Virus record (IMG/VR): IMGVR_UViG_3300043432_000485
Coordinates: 32,001 to 96,000 of that record
Reading direction: 5' to 3' (one strand)
Length of the DNA stretch: 64,000 bases
From: a virus
Taxonomy: Duplodnaviria; Caudoviricetes
A program made the translations under genes and the position numbers. Positions 46,224 to 56,116 of this stretch are shown here, piece by piece; positions within the stretch are counted from its first letter, which is position 1; each line of letters begins with the position of its first letter. The notes beneath the pieces are model-generated. The model did no database searches and was not told the origin of the DNA. It saw only the letters and a list, made by a program, of their open reading frames with translations.

Positions 46224-46616
46224 TTACTGCGGGAATGGAGGTTGACCACGGAAGATCGAGTAGAAGGGGATCGAGCCGGAGTTGTGCGGCTGATTGAGCA
46301 AGGCTTGCTCAATGTCGTTCTGCTCTGGCGTCGGGAGACTCGGGACCGTCCGCGCCATCTCCAGCAGGTCCGGGTCAGAAGTGACGGTCAACAGGTCAGC
46401 GCGAGCCTGTGGGTCTCGTTCGAGAGTGTTGATGACCTGCTCCTTAGTCATCGTGTCCAGCATGCAAATGCCCGGCGCCGTGACATCGTTGGGGCTGTCC
46501 CCTCTCTCTACCCATACATTCTTGGACCCAGGGACGTAGCGGTCACATTTTGTGACGGGTGCTACAGGGCACGTCGGGGGACCAGAGCAAGGGGTATTCT
46601 GACAAGAACAGGACAT
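46224..46616 (-). CDS. Cys/Pro-rich N-terminus hypothetical protein
   Basis: MSCSCQNTPCSGPPTCP; GGTGTAGA 8 nt upstream. Confidence 0.6.
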   Translation of the reverse strand: MSCSCQNTPCSGPPTCPVAPVTKCDRYVPGSKNVWVERGDSPNDVTAPGICMLDTMTKEQVINTLERDPQARADLLTVTSDPDLLEMARTVPSLPTPEQNDIEQALLNQPHNSGSIPFYSIFRGQPPFPQ

Positions 46617-46642
46617 GGTGTACCTCTACACCAAGCCGTAGC

Positions 46643-47089
46643 TCAAGAAGATTCTTGCACCCAATCAGCCCGGATCAAAAGCCGCGTCTCCGGATGCCTC
46701 TCCGCACAGGAAAGCGCCACACGCCAGTACAGGATCCGGTTTTTTATCCGCAAATGCTGCATCACCGGCTCCACGGGACCCTGGCAAGTGGGACAGAGCT
46801 GCGCTCGAATATGCGCAATCACACGGTCGACGCTAGGGAGGGGGATAGCCTTCTCCACATCCTGATCAGTCAGGTCGTCTGAATCCCCATAGAGTTCATC
46901 CAGAACCCCAGGAGGGAGGCCCGCCCCAACTTCACTATCCCCTTCAAGCTTAGCTTTTTCCATCCACCACTCCTTGGTGCGGTTGAACTTGGTGTTGATC
47001 CGAATCGGCTTCAGGCTGTGCCCTAGGGCTCTTGGCTTGTCAGGACCTTGATACGGCCCATCTTCCCACCACTCATCTCGTTTAGTCAT
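46643..47089 (-). CDS. Hypothetical protein with C-terminal Zn ribbon
   Basis: CPTC...CAERH. Confidence 0.55.
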   Translation of the reverse strand: MTKRDEWWEDGPYQGPDKPRALGHSLKPIRINTKFNRTKEWWMEKAKLEGDSEVGAGLPPGVLDELYGDSDDLTDQDVEKAIPLPSVDRVIAHIRAQLCPTCQGPVEPVMQHLRIKNRILYWRVALSCAERHPETRLLIRADWVQESS

Positions 47090-47310
47090 TGGTTACCGGC
47101 CGGCAGACTCTTGATAGCCACCACAGGAAGAGTTTCCATGGCCAGCCGAGCATGCACTTCAAAGAGTGCCACAAGGGCTTTACGGTCTCTCACCACCGGG
47201 GCGCTTCTCCAACCGCAGCTGCAGACGATGCGATCCGCATTGTCATGGTAGTAGAAACCACCATCCCCAAAGGTGCACGGTTGAAAGCTGGTCACTTCGT
47301 GGTTCGACAT
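47086..47310 (-). CDS. Small Zn-binding hypothetical protein
   Basis: ATG 7 nt after CGGTGTAGT; CSCGW...H. Confidence 0.6.
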   Translation of the reverse strand: MSNHEVTSFQPCTFGDGGFYYHDNADRIVCSCGWRSAPVVRDRKALVALFEVHARLAMETLPVVAIKSLPAGNQ

Positions 47311-47328
47311 GGCCCCTACTACACCGAC

Positions 47329-48156
47329 TCAGCGGATTACCGGGAGACTCTTGGTTGAGTTGCGCTTCTTCACGGCCAGTCCCTGATCCCCTGCATAGCA
47401 GTACTGACAGCCGAAAGAGCACGTCTCGTTGATGGTGAACGGGTCCACCATCAGCACGCAGCCGCAGCGCTCATAGGCTGGGCTCGCACCGGGGAAGTCC
47501 TTAGGCGGTACGCAAACGTCCACGGTGAAGCGCTGATCAGTTGCGTCAATGAAGGACAGGTCGTCCTGGCACAGCGCGATCTGGACCCCCGCCTGAGCCG
47601 CCTCATCGGCAAGCTCATTCAACAGCGCGAAGCGTTGCTCCTTGGTGCGCGTCTCGGGGATCCGATCATTGGGCTGCAAGAACGACACGAACACTTCTTT
47701 GAGCCCAGCGGTAGAGGCGTATCCGAGCAAGATCTTGAAGCGCTCCAGCACGACCCAATCCGGCAACAGGGGGATGGGGCTGAACCTCCAACGCACCAAG
47801 GAGAACGCCTTAGCGGTCTCGATCAAGAGATGCCCGGCATCCTCCAACGACGGGGCGCCGCGCTCGACTTCAGACCAGCCGGTGGCCGTCACGTGAACCG
47901 ACACATCGTAGTCTTGGAGCCTGAGCTGAGCCGCGATCAGGTTCCTGGGGTCCTTGGTCCAGAATACCAGGCCCAGCGTGTCCTCGGGGCGCAAGGACCA
48001 GACTGAGGGCACCCCGGTGCGCGGGTCGAACGCGATCATCTGGCCGAAAGCCAGGCACTGCTCGAACCATTGCCACTTTTGAGTTGATCCAGGAAGATCA
48101 GTCCAACGTGAGAGGCTGTAAGGTATCCCTTCGACCCGGCCGCTTCGTAAAATCAT
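47329..48156 (-). CDS. DUF1848-like (radical SAM-related) protein
   Basis: SLSRWTDLP, FWTKDP, WRFSPI, C-terminal CSFGCQYCYA. Confidence 0.75.
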   Translation of the reverse strand: MILRSGRVEGIPYSLSRWTDLPGSTQKWQWFEQCLAFGQMIAFDPRTGVPSVWSLRPEDTLGLVFWTKDPRNLIAAQLRLQDYDVSVHVTATGWSEVERGAPSLEDAGHLLIETAKAFSLVRWRFSPIPLLPDWVVLERFKILLGYASTAGLKEVFVSFLQPNDRIPETRTKEQRFALLNELADEAAQAGVQIALCQDDLSFIDATDQRFTVDVCVPPKDFPGASPAYERCGCVLMVDPFTINETCSFGCQYCYAGDQGLAVKKRNSTKSLPVIR

Positions 48157-48806
48157 GATCTATGCCTATCGGCTACGAGCCTACACAAGGTAAGAAACTC
48201 TTCATAAGGTAAATCAAGCTTGGCCAAGTTGCAGTGCTTACATGCGGTTACTACATTCTCTGGTGTGTAACCAAGTGCTGAGTCCACCCTATCTATCCCA
48301 TTGAGAGGTACCGTCTCAGTACGCAGCCCTTTTGGCTTACGTGCAGAGAATGGAAGCCGCCCACAATAATGGCAGCTACCGGTAACCAAAGTCGATACAT
48401 CGGCTTCGGTAAGACGAAACTCCCTGCCAAACTTGTTGGCTGATTGACGGTAGCTCACATAGCAGAATCTGATTGCAGCCTCTTTGTCCGTTCTCCTTGA
48501 CATAATGCTTTTTACGCCAAGTGGCTGCATTTTTTGCGCATTTAGAGTCTGTCTGACTGACCTCGGCAGGGTGGCGGATACCTTGCTCCCAACTATTTGA
48601 ACCGACTTCATATTCTCTGTCCTCTTACAGCCACAGGAAGTCGTGTGACCGTTCCTAAGATCGGAACTAGAAACAACCACCTCTGTAGAGCAATCGCACT
48701 TGCACAGCCACTGAGCTTGGCGCCTCCCTCTAATGGGAGCTTGTTCAAGGACGAACAGATGCCCGAACTTAGCACCTTTTACGTCTATGGGTTTACGACC
48801 GCCCAT
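48153..48806 (-). mobile_element. HNH-like homing endonuclease
   Basis: GAKFGHL.V...CKCDC...SCGC; CHYCG...NGIDRVDSALGY..ENVV.ACKHCN. Confidence 0.85.
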
Positions 48807-48849
48807 GGGCCAAGGTTAGCCCGAAATCGGTCAGATGTACAACCCTAGC

Positions 48850-49278
48850 CTACACTTTGTGCGTTTTTGGCTGATACCCGTGACTGCACGGTTTGACCGT
48901 GTACCGCAGCGCGTAACCGATCGATTGCAGGACCTGGAGGGTAACGGAAGCTGAAGCCGCTGCAGAGCCGTCGACTCCGAGGGGGTACTCCACGTCCACC
49001 CTGATTTGCCGGCGCAAGCCTGACTTCTCCTGGGCGGCCGTAAGGGGTCCGGAGGACTGGTGCCCCACAACCTTGAGGGGCACCGCAACGTCGAAGTCCT
49101 GTCCCTCAATCTGGATGTCCAAGGACTCCCCGTTAATTGAACGGATCACATCAATGTTGAAAGGTTTCGCAATTTTGCGGCCCTCCTCGAACAGCACGGA
49201 CATGACCTTGGTCTGAGGGCCGGCGGCGGTGCGGTCAGCGTACTTGCGCGCGACTTCTTCTGCCAAGCCCTTGCTCAT
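48850..49278 (-). CDS. Hypothetical protein with N-terminal shared motif
   Basis: Starts MSKGLAEEVARKYADRTAA (ATGA overlap with upstream stop). Confidence 0.6.
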   Translation of the reverse strand: MSKGLAEEVARKYADRTAAGPQTKVMSVLFEEGRKIAKPFNIDVIRSINGESLDIQIEGQDFDVAVPLKVVGHQSSGPLTAAQEKSGLRRQIRVDVEYPLGVDGSAAASASVTLQVLQSIGYALRYTVKPCSHGYQPKTHKV

Positions 49279-49778
49279 GACCCCTCGATGAAGCGGGCGG
49301 CCACCGCGGCGCCCACGAACCTGTTCGTCACACGCTCGGAAGCCGTCTTGGGCGCCGTGTGGGTGTACCGGGGCTCGAATTCCTTGGCCAGGTAGTTGAT
49401 GTAGTCGGCCAGGTACTTGCAGACTTGAGCCGGTGTGCCCGTCTTGGCCCGGAACTTCTTGGGCTGCTTCTCTCCGTGCCCCGCGTAGAGGGAGATGCTC
49501 ATCTCTACCTTCACCTTGCCGGTCGGGGCCGGCGCGTTCTCGTCCTTCTTGTCCCACCCGTCCACGAAGAACAGCGCCCGGTTGTTCTCGGCCTCGGCAC
49601 CACCGCCCGCCGAACCCACCCCAGGAGGCAAGTTGACGAAATTGATGGACATCATGTCGGATTGACCGAGGGAGTTACGACGCACCTTGACTTGGCGGCC
49701 GTTTGCTTTGGTCAATTTTTCCAACTCGGCGGAAAAATCGGCAGAACTGAGAATTTCGGCAGCAGCTTTGTTGGTCAT
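49275..49778 (-). CDS. Hypothetical protein with two C-terminal shared motifs
   Basis: KTASERVTNRFVGAAVAARF. Confidence 0.65.
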   Translation of the reverse strand: MTNKAAAEILSSADFSAELEKLTKANGRQVKVRRNSLGQSDMMSINFVNLPPGVGSAGGGAEAENNRALFFVDGWDKKDENAPAPTGKVKVEMSISLYAGHGEKQPKKFRAKTGTPAQVCKYLADYINYLAKEFEPRYTHTAPKTASERVTNRFVGAAVAARFIEGS

Positions 49779-49808
49779 ACCCTTACTAGACAGTATGCCA
49801 TCAAAACT

Positions 49809-51080
49809 CTACCCATGCGCAACCGATTTTCGCATCACGACAGCGGAACCGGGTTTGGCCACAGCTTCCGCGGTGATCCGGATGCTGGCGATGTCCTGGT
49901 CCTCTGGGGCCTCGTAGCTGTAGGGCTTTAGCACCTGTTCTACCACCGTTCGAAGCGCTCGGGCGCCTGTGCTGTATTGCTTGGCCTTGCGAGCGATCGC
50001 CAACAGCGCTTCGGGGTCAAACTGCAGGTCAATGCCGTCCAGGGAGAAGAGGGCTCGGAACTGCTTGCACAGGGAATGGTCAGGCTTGACCAACACGTCG
50101 ATCATCTCGGCCTCGGTCAGCTCAAAGGTGCTGCTCACGATGGGGAGCCGGCCCACGATCTCCGGAATGAGTCCGAACTCTTCTAGGTCCTGTACCGTGA
50201 CTTGGTGGTAGAGATCCGACTTCTCGAATTTCTTGCGGCCTTCCTGCCCAAAACCCATCCCGGAACTCTTGTTGAGCCGCTGCTCGATCAATGGCTCGAT
50301 CCCGGCGAAGCTGCCCGCACAGATGAACAGGATGTTGGTGGTGTCTATGACGTCGATCGTAGACATTCCGGAGACGGCCCTGGATCCTTGACCCCGAGGC
50401 ACCGGTACCTTGGAACCCTCCAGGAGCTTCAATAGGGATTGCTGCACCCCTTCCCCGGTAACGTCCCTGTATCCGGATGCGCTGCGCCCGCTCTTACGCG
50501 CGAGCTTGTCGAACTCGTCCAGGAACACAATGCCCCATTGGGCACGCTCAACATCCTGCTGAGAGTCGGCAAACAGTCCCTGAAGGATGGATTCCACGTC
50601 ATCCCCAACGTATCCAGCTTGCGTGAGGCGGGTAGCGTCGGCGACAAAGAAGGGGACGTCCAGCATGCGGGCGATCGCCCGAGCTAACAAAGTCTTTCCC
50701 GAACCGCTCGGTCCGAGCAACAAGATGTTCGACTTCTCGATCTCCACGGCCTCCCCATCGAGCAGGATGGCCCCGTTTTGCTGGTGCTCAACCTCTCGGC
50801 GGCGGTAGTGCCGATATACCGCGATCGCCAGCTCGCGCTTAGCCTCTGCTTGCCCGATGACCTGACGATCAAGTAGGGCGGTGATCTCCCGGGGCTTCTT
50901 GAGGACCTTCTGCGCCGGTTGCCCAGCCGCGGACTTCAGCTCTTCCTTGCGGAGAGTCTCCGCGGATCTGACGATGCACGTGTTGCAGATGTTGGATCCG
51001 TCCGGGCTCCCGATGAGGTTTTTGACCTCATTACGGGGGCGCCCACAGAAGTTGCACCGCTTGCTTGGATCCTGAGCCAT
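49809..51080 (-). CDS. clpX: ATP-dependent Clp protease ATP-binding subunit ClpX
   Basis: Zn-binding CNFC...CNTC, VIGQ, KSNILLLGPSGSGKT, LDEFDK, RDVTGEGVQQ, GARALR. Confidence 0.92.
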   Translation of the reverse strand: MAQDPSKRCNFCGRPRNEVKNLIGSPDGSNICNTCIVRSAETLRKEELKSAAGQPAQKVLKKPREITALLDRQVIGQAEAKRELAIAVYRHYRRREVEHQQNGAILLDGEAVEIEKSNILLLGPSGSGKTLLARAIARMLDVPFFVADATRLTQAGYVGDDVESILQGLFADSQQDVERAQWGIVFLDEFDKLARKSGRSASGYRDVTGEGVQQSLLKLLEGSKVPVPRGQGSRAVSGMSTIDVIDTTNILFICAGSFAGIEPLIEQRLNKSSGMGFGQEGRKKFEKSDLYHQVTVQDLEEFGLIPEIVGRLPIVSSTFELTEAEMIDVLVKPDHSLCKQFRALFSLDGIDLQFDPEALLAIARKAKQYSTGARALRTVVEQVLKPYSYEAPEDQDIASIRITAEAVAKPGSAVVMRKSVAHG

Positions 51081-51097
51081 TCCCCATATTACACCGA

Positions 51098-52333
51098 TCA
51101 GGAGAGGATCGGGTCAAGCATCGCCTTCAAAGGGGCAGAAAGCTTCCCGATGGCCAAGAAGGATACCATCTCTGCAAAGTTCTCGTCTGGGTGCGTGCCA
51201 GCGTAGCCGGTCACGAAGCTCATGTCTGGGTCAGCCTTGGGTACTGGCAGCTTCATCATCCGCAGCCAGTTGTCCAGAGGCGTGGAGAAACGGTGGGTCG
51301 TGTTGCCCTCTTCCATCCAATTCACAACGACTTTGCGCCGACTGATCTCCACCTTGGAGACGGTCAGCGTCTTGCCCTTGTAGTCGACCTTGTCCCCGGC
51401 CTTCGGGTATAGCTCGGAAGGAATCGGAGGCGGCTCGCTGGAATGGCGAAGCTTCCGGTACATGTCGTTGATCATCGAGCCGCGGCCCGAGAGGAACTTG
51501 TGCTGCAGTCGATGTGCAAGCTCATGGCAAACGATGCGCACGGTATCCCAGTTGTCCGGGGTGTTGGAGCGCACGAACATCTCATCAGCCGATGGCAGAT
51601 AGAATGCAGCCACGTTCTTCTTGTTGTTCACCGTCTGGCTGATGTGGATGTCCCCGTAACACACCTTGCCCAGCCCGATGGAACGCATGGCAGCCTCGGC
51701 CTTGGTGACGAGGTCAACGGCCTTCGCCATCACACTCTTGTCGAACCCGCCGGTGTTGATCAACGTGAACGAACCCGCGGGATATTTGACCTGCTCGGCT
51801 AGCTCTGGGTCCGAGTTGAGCTTCCCCTTGGCGATCGCGGCCTCAGCGGCACCTACTTGCTTGCGGAACTCCAAGCACACCTGCAGATACTTCTGCAGAT
51901 ATTCGAGATCAGCATCGTAAGTCCCGCTGTTGCTCTTGATCCGGATGCTCAGCTTCTTCTTCGTCCAGAAACGAGCCGCGCCCTCGATGGTCTTGCGCAG
52001 CTGAGCGGGCAGAACGTAGGATTGCAAGATGGCCAGGAACAGAAGCATCCCAGTGGTCTGAATTCTCCGGTACTGATACCCGGCTTGAAACTCACCCTTG
52101 ATCTCGTAGCGCATCCGGGAGGTTTGGGTAAGCTCCGCTGATAGCGCTTTGGATGTGTCGAAGTCCTGACGCTTCATCGCGTCAATGAATCCGGTGAGCT
52201 TCTCGATGTCCTTCTTGGCGGGCTCCTCGTTTTGCGTATAGCGCTCTACGTCGAACTTGAACTTCACCAGATCCGATGTGACGTCGGCGATGGCTTTGGC
52301 GGACAGGAAGCGAGCTACGATTCTGTCGTTCAT
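51098..52333 (-). CDS. Zincin-like peptidase paralogue with N-terminal shared motif
   Basis: MNDRIVARFL; HELAH...GYAGTHPDENFAE. Confidence 0.7.
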   Translation of the reverse strand: MNDRIVARFLSAKAIADVTSDLVKFKFDVERYTQNEEPAKKDIEKLTGFIDAMKRQDFDTSKALSAELTQTSRMRYEIKGEFQAGYQYRRIQTTGMLLFLAILQSYVLPAQLRKTIEGAARFWTKKKLSIRIKSNSGTYDADLEYLQKYLQVCLEFRKQVGAAEAAIAKGKLNSDPELAEQVKYPAGSFTLINTGGFDKSVMAKAVDLVTKAEAAMRSIGLGKVCYGDIHISQTVNNKKNVAAFYLPSADEMFVRSNTPDNWDTVRIVCHELAHRLQHKFLSGRGSMINDMYRKLRHSSEPPPIPSELYPKAGDKVDYKGKTLTVSKVEISRRKVVVNWMEEGNTTHRFSTPLDNWLRMMKLPVPKADPDMSFVTGYAGTHPDENFAEMVSFLAIGKLSAPLKAMLDPILS

Positions 52334-52336
52334 CGC

Positions 52337-53092
52337 TCAAACCTCCCCGTACACTATGCAATCTTTTTCCCACAAGAGTCCGTCACAATTGACAGTCCCA
52401 TCCTTGTAGATGATACAGATCCCGCCCTCGCCGAAGTTGTTGGGAACCTCCCGGCCATATCGATTCGATACGATCAGGGTGGTCTTGTTATTGCGCACGA
52501 AATCCATCCAGGCGGTGGCCGGGAACCCGCCATCACCCCAGTTGGCTGAGAGGCAAACAATGTCCGCGTCCCCCGGCTCATAGAAGGAGTTCCAGTTCGA
52601 GTCCTTCTTGTCCCTGACGTCACGGCAGATGAGCAAGCCTACCTTGTAGACTTTCCCGTCAACCACTATGCGCCGGATCGGGGGGTTGGCGCGGCCCTCG
52701 GTGGCCCAGAGCCAATCCGCCGAAAAGAAGTTCACCTTCGAGTAGGCCTCAAATGTGCCATCTGGACACATCATGACTTGAGAATTAAACAGGTTTCCAG
52801 TGGCCAGAGAACGTTCAAGCACTCCCCACACAATGTGAACTCCATGCTTAGCCGCTAATGCTCGGAACACCGTCAAGCTGTGAAGCCCGTCATCTGAAGG
52901 GTACTGCAGAACTTCTGCGTACGGCTCTGCGTCAGTGCGCCCCATGAAACTATATCCGGTGGTGCACAACTCAGGTAGGACAATCAACTTGGCTCCCGCC
53001 CTAGCAGCGGAGCTGACCATGGAGGCTAGTTTGCGCAAGTTGGAGAGGCGGTCTTTGAATACCGGACTCATCTGGATCGTAGCAACCTTCAC
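52337..53092 (-). CDS. Carbon-nitrogen hydrolase (nitrilase family)
   Basis: LIVLPEL, YSKVN, LLICRD (E-K-C triad). Confidence 0.88.
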   Translation of the reverse strand: MKVATIQMSPVFKDRLSNLRKLASMVSSAARAGAKLIVLPELCTTGYSFMGRTDAEPYAEVLQYPSDDGLHSLTVFRALAAKHGVHIVWGVLERSLATGNLFNSQVMMCPDGTFEAYSKVNFFSADWLWATEGRANPPIRRIVVDGKVYKVGLLICRDVRDKKDSNWNSFYEPGDADIVCLSANWGDGGFPATAWMDFVRNNKTTLIVSNRYGREVPNNFGEGGICIIYKDGTVNCDGLLWEKDCIVYGEV

Positions 53093-53970
53093 TCGACACC
53101 TCCCTTATGGGTGGGCAAAGGACGATTAGTGGCAACCCTATGACACCACTGAATGAACACATCCAGGGGCAAGTCCATCCTCATCAGGTTCAAATCACGA
53201 TGTACCCATTGAACATTGTCGATAGAGTACCCTAGACTTGAGTCTATCCTGTCCAGAGAGGCGGTTCTGCTGTGCTCCTTCCGGGAAGTTTGGTTTGGCC
53301 CAAACTTCAGCTCAACCCCAGTCAGGGCGCACCGCCGTTTCTGAGTCAAGAACAGCCTCCAAGCATCTTCTACGCTCAAGTTGAAGCTTAGCTTACGGGT
53401 TCTCGCGCCCTCCTGAACCTTCTTCCAATACCCGCTACGGATCTCACCGTGGCCCATGAACTGGTAATTCTTGTTCCCAGTGACCTCCGAATAGTCGCGT
53501 GAGCAGCCACAAGAGGTGGTCTTACCCAGGGCACTCTGAAAAATCTCGAACTCGGTCCCACATTGGCATCGCACCAAGGCCTTGTGGAAGCGCTTCCCAT
53601 CGGCTCTCTGGTATGGGGTTAGGCCCAGCACCTCCAAACAATGAAATGACCTCCCAATGAGCTGCAGGGCCTTCCGAGAAGGGGCCTTTGATGGCGTGGT
53701 CAAGAAATGACCAGAGCCCTTCCATTGGATGTTTCCGGGTTCAAAGTTACCCTTCTTATCCAGGCGTTCCAACCGAGAGTCGGGAGTCGGGCGCGGGCCT
53801 ACATCTTGAAAGAAGGCCTCGAACTCATGCCATGGTTCATACAGAGTTATGCCCCTGCCGCCAAAGCGCGGATAAGCCCGGTTCTTGGAGTTCAGGCACT
53901 TGTTCTTGATAGCCGCCCAGATGGGGTATTCTGGGGTATCACTCAACCCGTGCAAACGATGGTTAGCCAT
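53089..53970 (-). mobile_element. HNH-like homing endonuclease
   Basis: HGLSDTPEY.IW..IK..C...YGGRGI-like region; SLDRIDSSLGY..DNVQWVH..LN.MR. Confidence 0.8.
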
Positions 53971-54002
53971 ACCCTAGACGAAAGATAAGTGGAACCCATC
54001 TT

Positions 54003-54641
54003 TTACCTATGGCCCCTGTGGTGAGTATCTGCAATCCTTTTGGCCACATAGAGAGTGTCAAATAGATACCCTACCAGATCAGTAATCTCCTGCGCAGTTT
54101 CCAGGGACACTCCTCTGATATTAGGGTGCGCTCCATCATTCCCTATCCATCTGGCGGCGTCACACCATCGTCTTTGGTCTTCAGTGATCTTACGATTTTG
54201 ATCCAACCAAGCAATTTGTTGGGCTAGAGTGTGGCCGTGGGGGGCGCCTTGTTCAATACAAGCTGATTGCAGCGCTCTGCGGGCCATCACCACAGCTGAG
54301 TTATAGGATCCAGAGGCCAAGTTCTTTCTGGCCTCCTCCAGATCTTGCCGTGCCTCTAGAGGCACTTCTTCCGGAACGGGCTTTGGTGAGGGAGCGGGGT
54401 ACACTACCACTCCATCCTCAGCAATGAGCATGGGCATAGTGCATGCATGGCATTTTCCTATCCACCATCTCATACCAGTGTTTTGCCGATAGAAGTTAGT
54501 CGTGACCTTGTCAATGTGTGTACCCCTACCCCCATATCCTGAGGTCGTAGTTTCCCCATGGGTTAGTGCGTTTGTCACTTCTGTGTGACGCCGGCAATGA
54601 GGGCAGTAGAGGGAGATCGATAGAGAGAATGCAGAAATCAT
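54003..54641 (-). CDS. DUF4145 (HEPN-like) protein
   Basis: EARKNL...SAVVMARRALQ, L..QI..L, RWIGNDGAH. Confidence 0.8.
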   Translation of the reverse strand: MISAFSLSISLYCPHCRRHTEVTNALTHGETTTSGYGGRGTHIDKVTTNFYRQNTGMRWWIGKCHACTMPMLIAEDGVVVYPAPSPKPVPEEVPLEARQDLEEARKNLASGSYNSAVVMARRALQSACIEQGAPHGHTLAQQIAWLDQNRKITEDQRRWCDAARWIGNDGAHPNIRGVSLETAQEITDLVGYLFDTLYVAKRIADTHHRGHR

Positions 54642-54663
54642 CTGCTTTCATACACCAAAAACC

Positions 54664-55491
54664 TCACACGACAGCGAACTGTTGCTTCCAGCGCTGAATC
54701 CGGGTCCCCACAAAGGTCTGACCGAACCCCAGCTTGTGACTAGAGTTCATGGTGGTCGTGGGGTACTTCCCGCTTCTACCGTCCTGGAAATTTACCACAT
54801 AGCTCCCTGTGGAGTCGGCGGAGACTCGGCTACGGTTGGTCATCTTCTCCAGCACCTTGCTCAGGTCAGCCACGTCCGAACGGATACGAACGAAGGCAGT
54901 GGTACCGATCGCCATGATGTCCATCACCTGGAGCTTGCGGAAGAGCACACCCGATTCCTCAGCGGCGAACAGGAATGCCTTGACCACGTCCCTGTAGGAC
55001 TCCCCGCGCAGGATCTGGATCGCGAAGTATGACCCCAAGACAACGGGCTCCACGTCGACCTTTGGTGCCACCGCTTGTTTCGGAGTCACCGGCTCGGGCG
55101 GCGCTGGTGGGGGCGGCGGAAGAGTCTCAACCTTGGGTTGTGCTTTCTGAGGGATTGGCATGGGGGTGATCATCTTGGGCTTGGGAGAGGGTGTCTTGAC
55201 CGGGGGTTTGGGAGCCACCTTGGCTGGAGTGCTTGGTGCGGGCTTGGCCGTTTTGACCACCGGTTTTTGCTTTGGGGCTGGCTTTGCGGGTGGATTTTTG
55301 CTCGGCTTTGGCAGCACCACCGGTTTGTTGCTGGAAACCTTGACCACAGGCTTCTTTGGAGGGGGTGGGGCCTCTTGACGCAACCTCCAAACCGTTTTGC
55401 GACTCGTGCCAAACTGATTGGCGATCGCGGTGTCCGACGTCTCATGCGGAAGCTTGGCAAGTATCTTTTGGCGTAATTTGTCAGTTAGCAC
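54664..55491 (-). CDS. HTH plus Pro/Lys-rich linker protein
   Basis: SDTAIANQFGTSRKTVWRLR. Confidence 0.6.
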   Translation of the reverse strand: MLTDKLRQKILAKLPHETSDTAIANQFGTSRKTVWRLRQEAPPPPKKPVVKVSSNKPVVLPKPSKNPPAKPAPKQKPVVKTAKPAPSTPAKVAPKPPVKTPSPKPKMITPMPIPQKAQPKVETLPPPPPAPPEPVTPKQAVAPKVDVEPVVLGSYFAIQILRGESYRDVVKAFLFAAEESGVLFRKLQVMDIMAIGTTAFVRIRSDVADLSKVLEKMTNRSRVSADSTGSYVVNFQDGRSGKYPTTTMNSSHKLGFGQTFVGTRIQRWKQQFAVV

Positions 55492-55527
55492 AGCAGTATC
55501 CTAGGTAGAAGGTTCTAACCCCCGCAC

Positions 55528-56097
55528 TCACAAAGCTTTAACCCGAATCAGCACCTCGGGCCATGTCCTAACACGGAAATGATCACATTGCCGCATATTT
55601 TCTGTGTTCGGGGTGGCCCAAAGCAGTCCTGCACCTTGGGGGTGCTCTTCCTTCCAGGCCAACACGTTTTCCGGATTGTCATCTAGCAGAGCGTCCCCGC
55701 GTATCATGTGCTTAGCAGCCGTGTTGATGATGGTGTGCTCGGTGAATCCGAAGTGATCAATCAGCCAATGCATCCGCTCGTAAACCCACGTGGGGCTGAT
55801 AAACGGGCGGGTCGCTACCACCACATCAACCACTTGGCGAAGCTCTTCAATCGCATCCTGGGCGCCTTCATTGGGGAGTAATCCGGCGCAGTACCCAGGA
55901 CGGGAGATCTCCCGAAACAGAATGATCCGCTGCTCTTCGGTCAGCAGCGCGAATACATCCCAGTGATGCAACTCCTCCAAGACCACCTCGATCCCAAACA
56001 GCTCCTGAATGAGAGCTATGACGGGTGTCTTGAAGTCACAGAGTACATCATCGACATCTACTAGAAACCGTTTCTTACGTGGCTTGTTAGGGAGCAC
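55528..56097 (-). CDS. 5'(3')-deoxyribonucleotidase (NT5C, HAD family)
   Basis: LVDVDDVL, ALLDDNPEN, RVRTWPE. Confidence 0.85.
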   Translation of the reverse strand: MLPNKPRKKRFLVDVDDVLCDFKTPVIALIQELFGIEVVLEELHHWDVFALLTEEQRIILFREISRPGYCAGLLPNEGAQDAIEELRQVVDVVVATRPFISPTWVYERMHWLIDHFGFTEHTIINTAAKHMIRGDALLDDNPENVLAWKEEHPQGAGLLWATPNTENMRQCDHFRVRTWPEVLIRVKAL

Positions 56098-56116
56098 GTT
56101 TCCCTAGGTACACCAG

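Noticed and set aside
48850-49557. 235-aa ORF as called in the track
   Set aside because: Its first part is an alternate frame of the 49275-49778 gene; the ATGA overlap points to a start at 49278.
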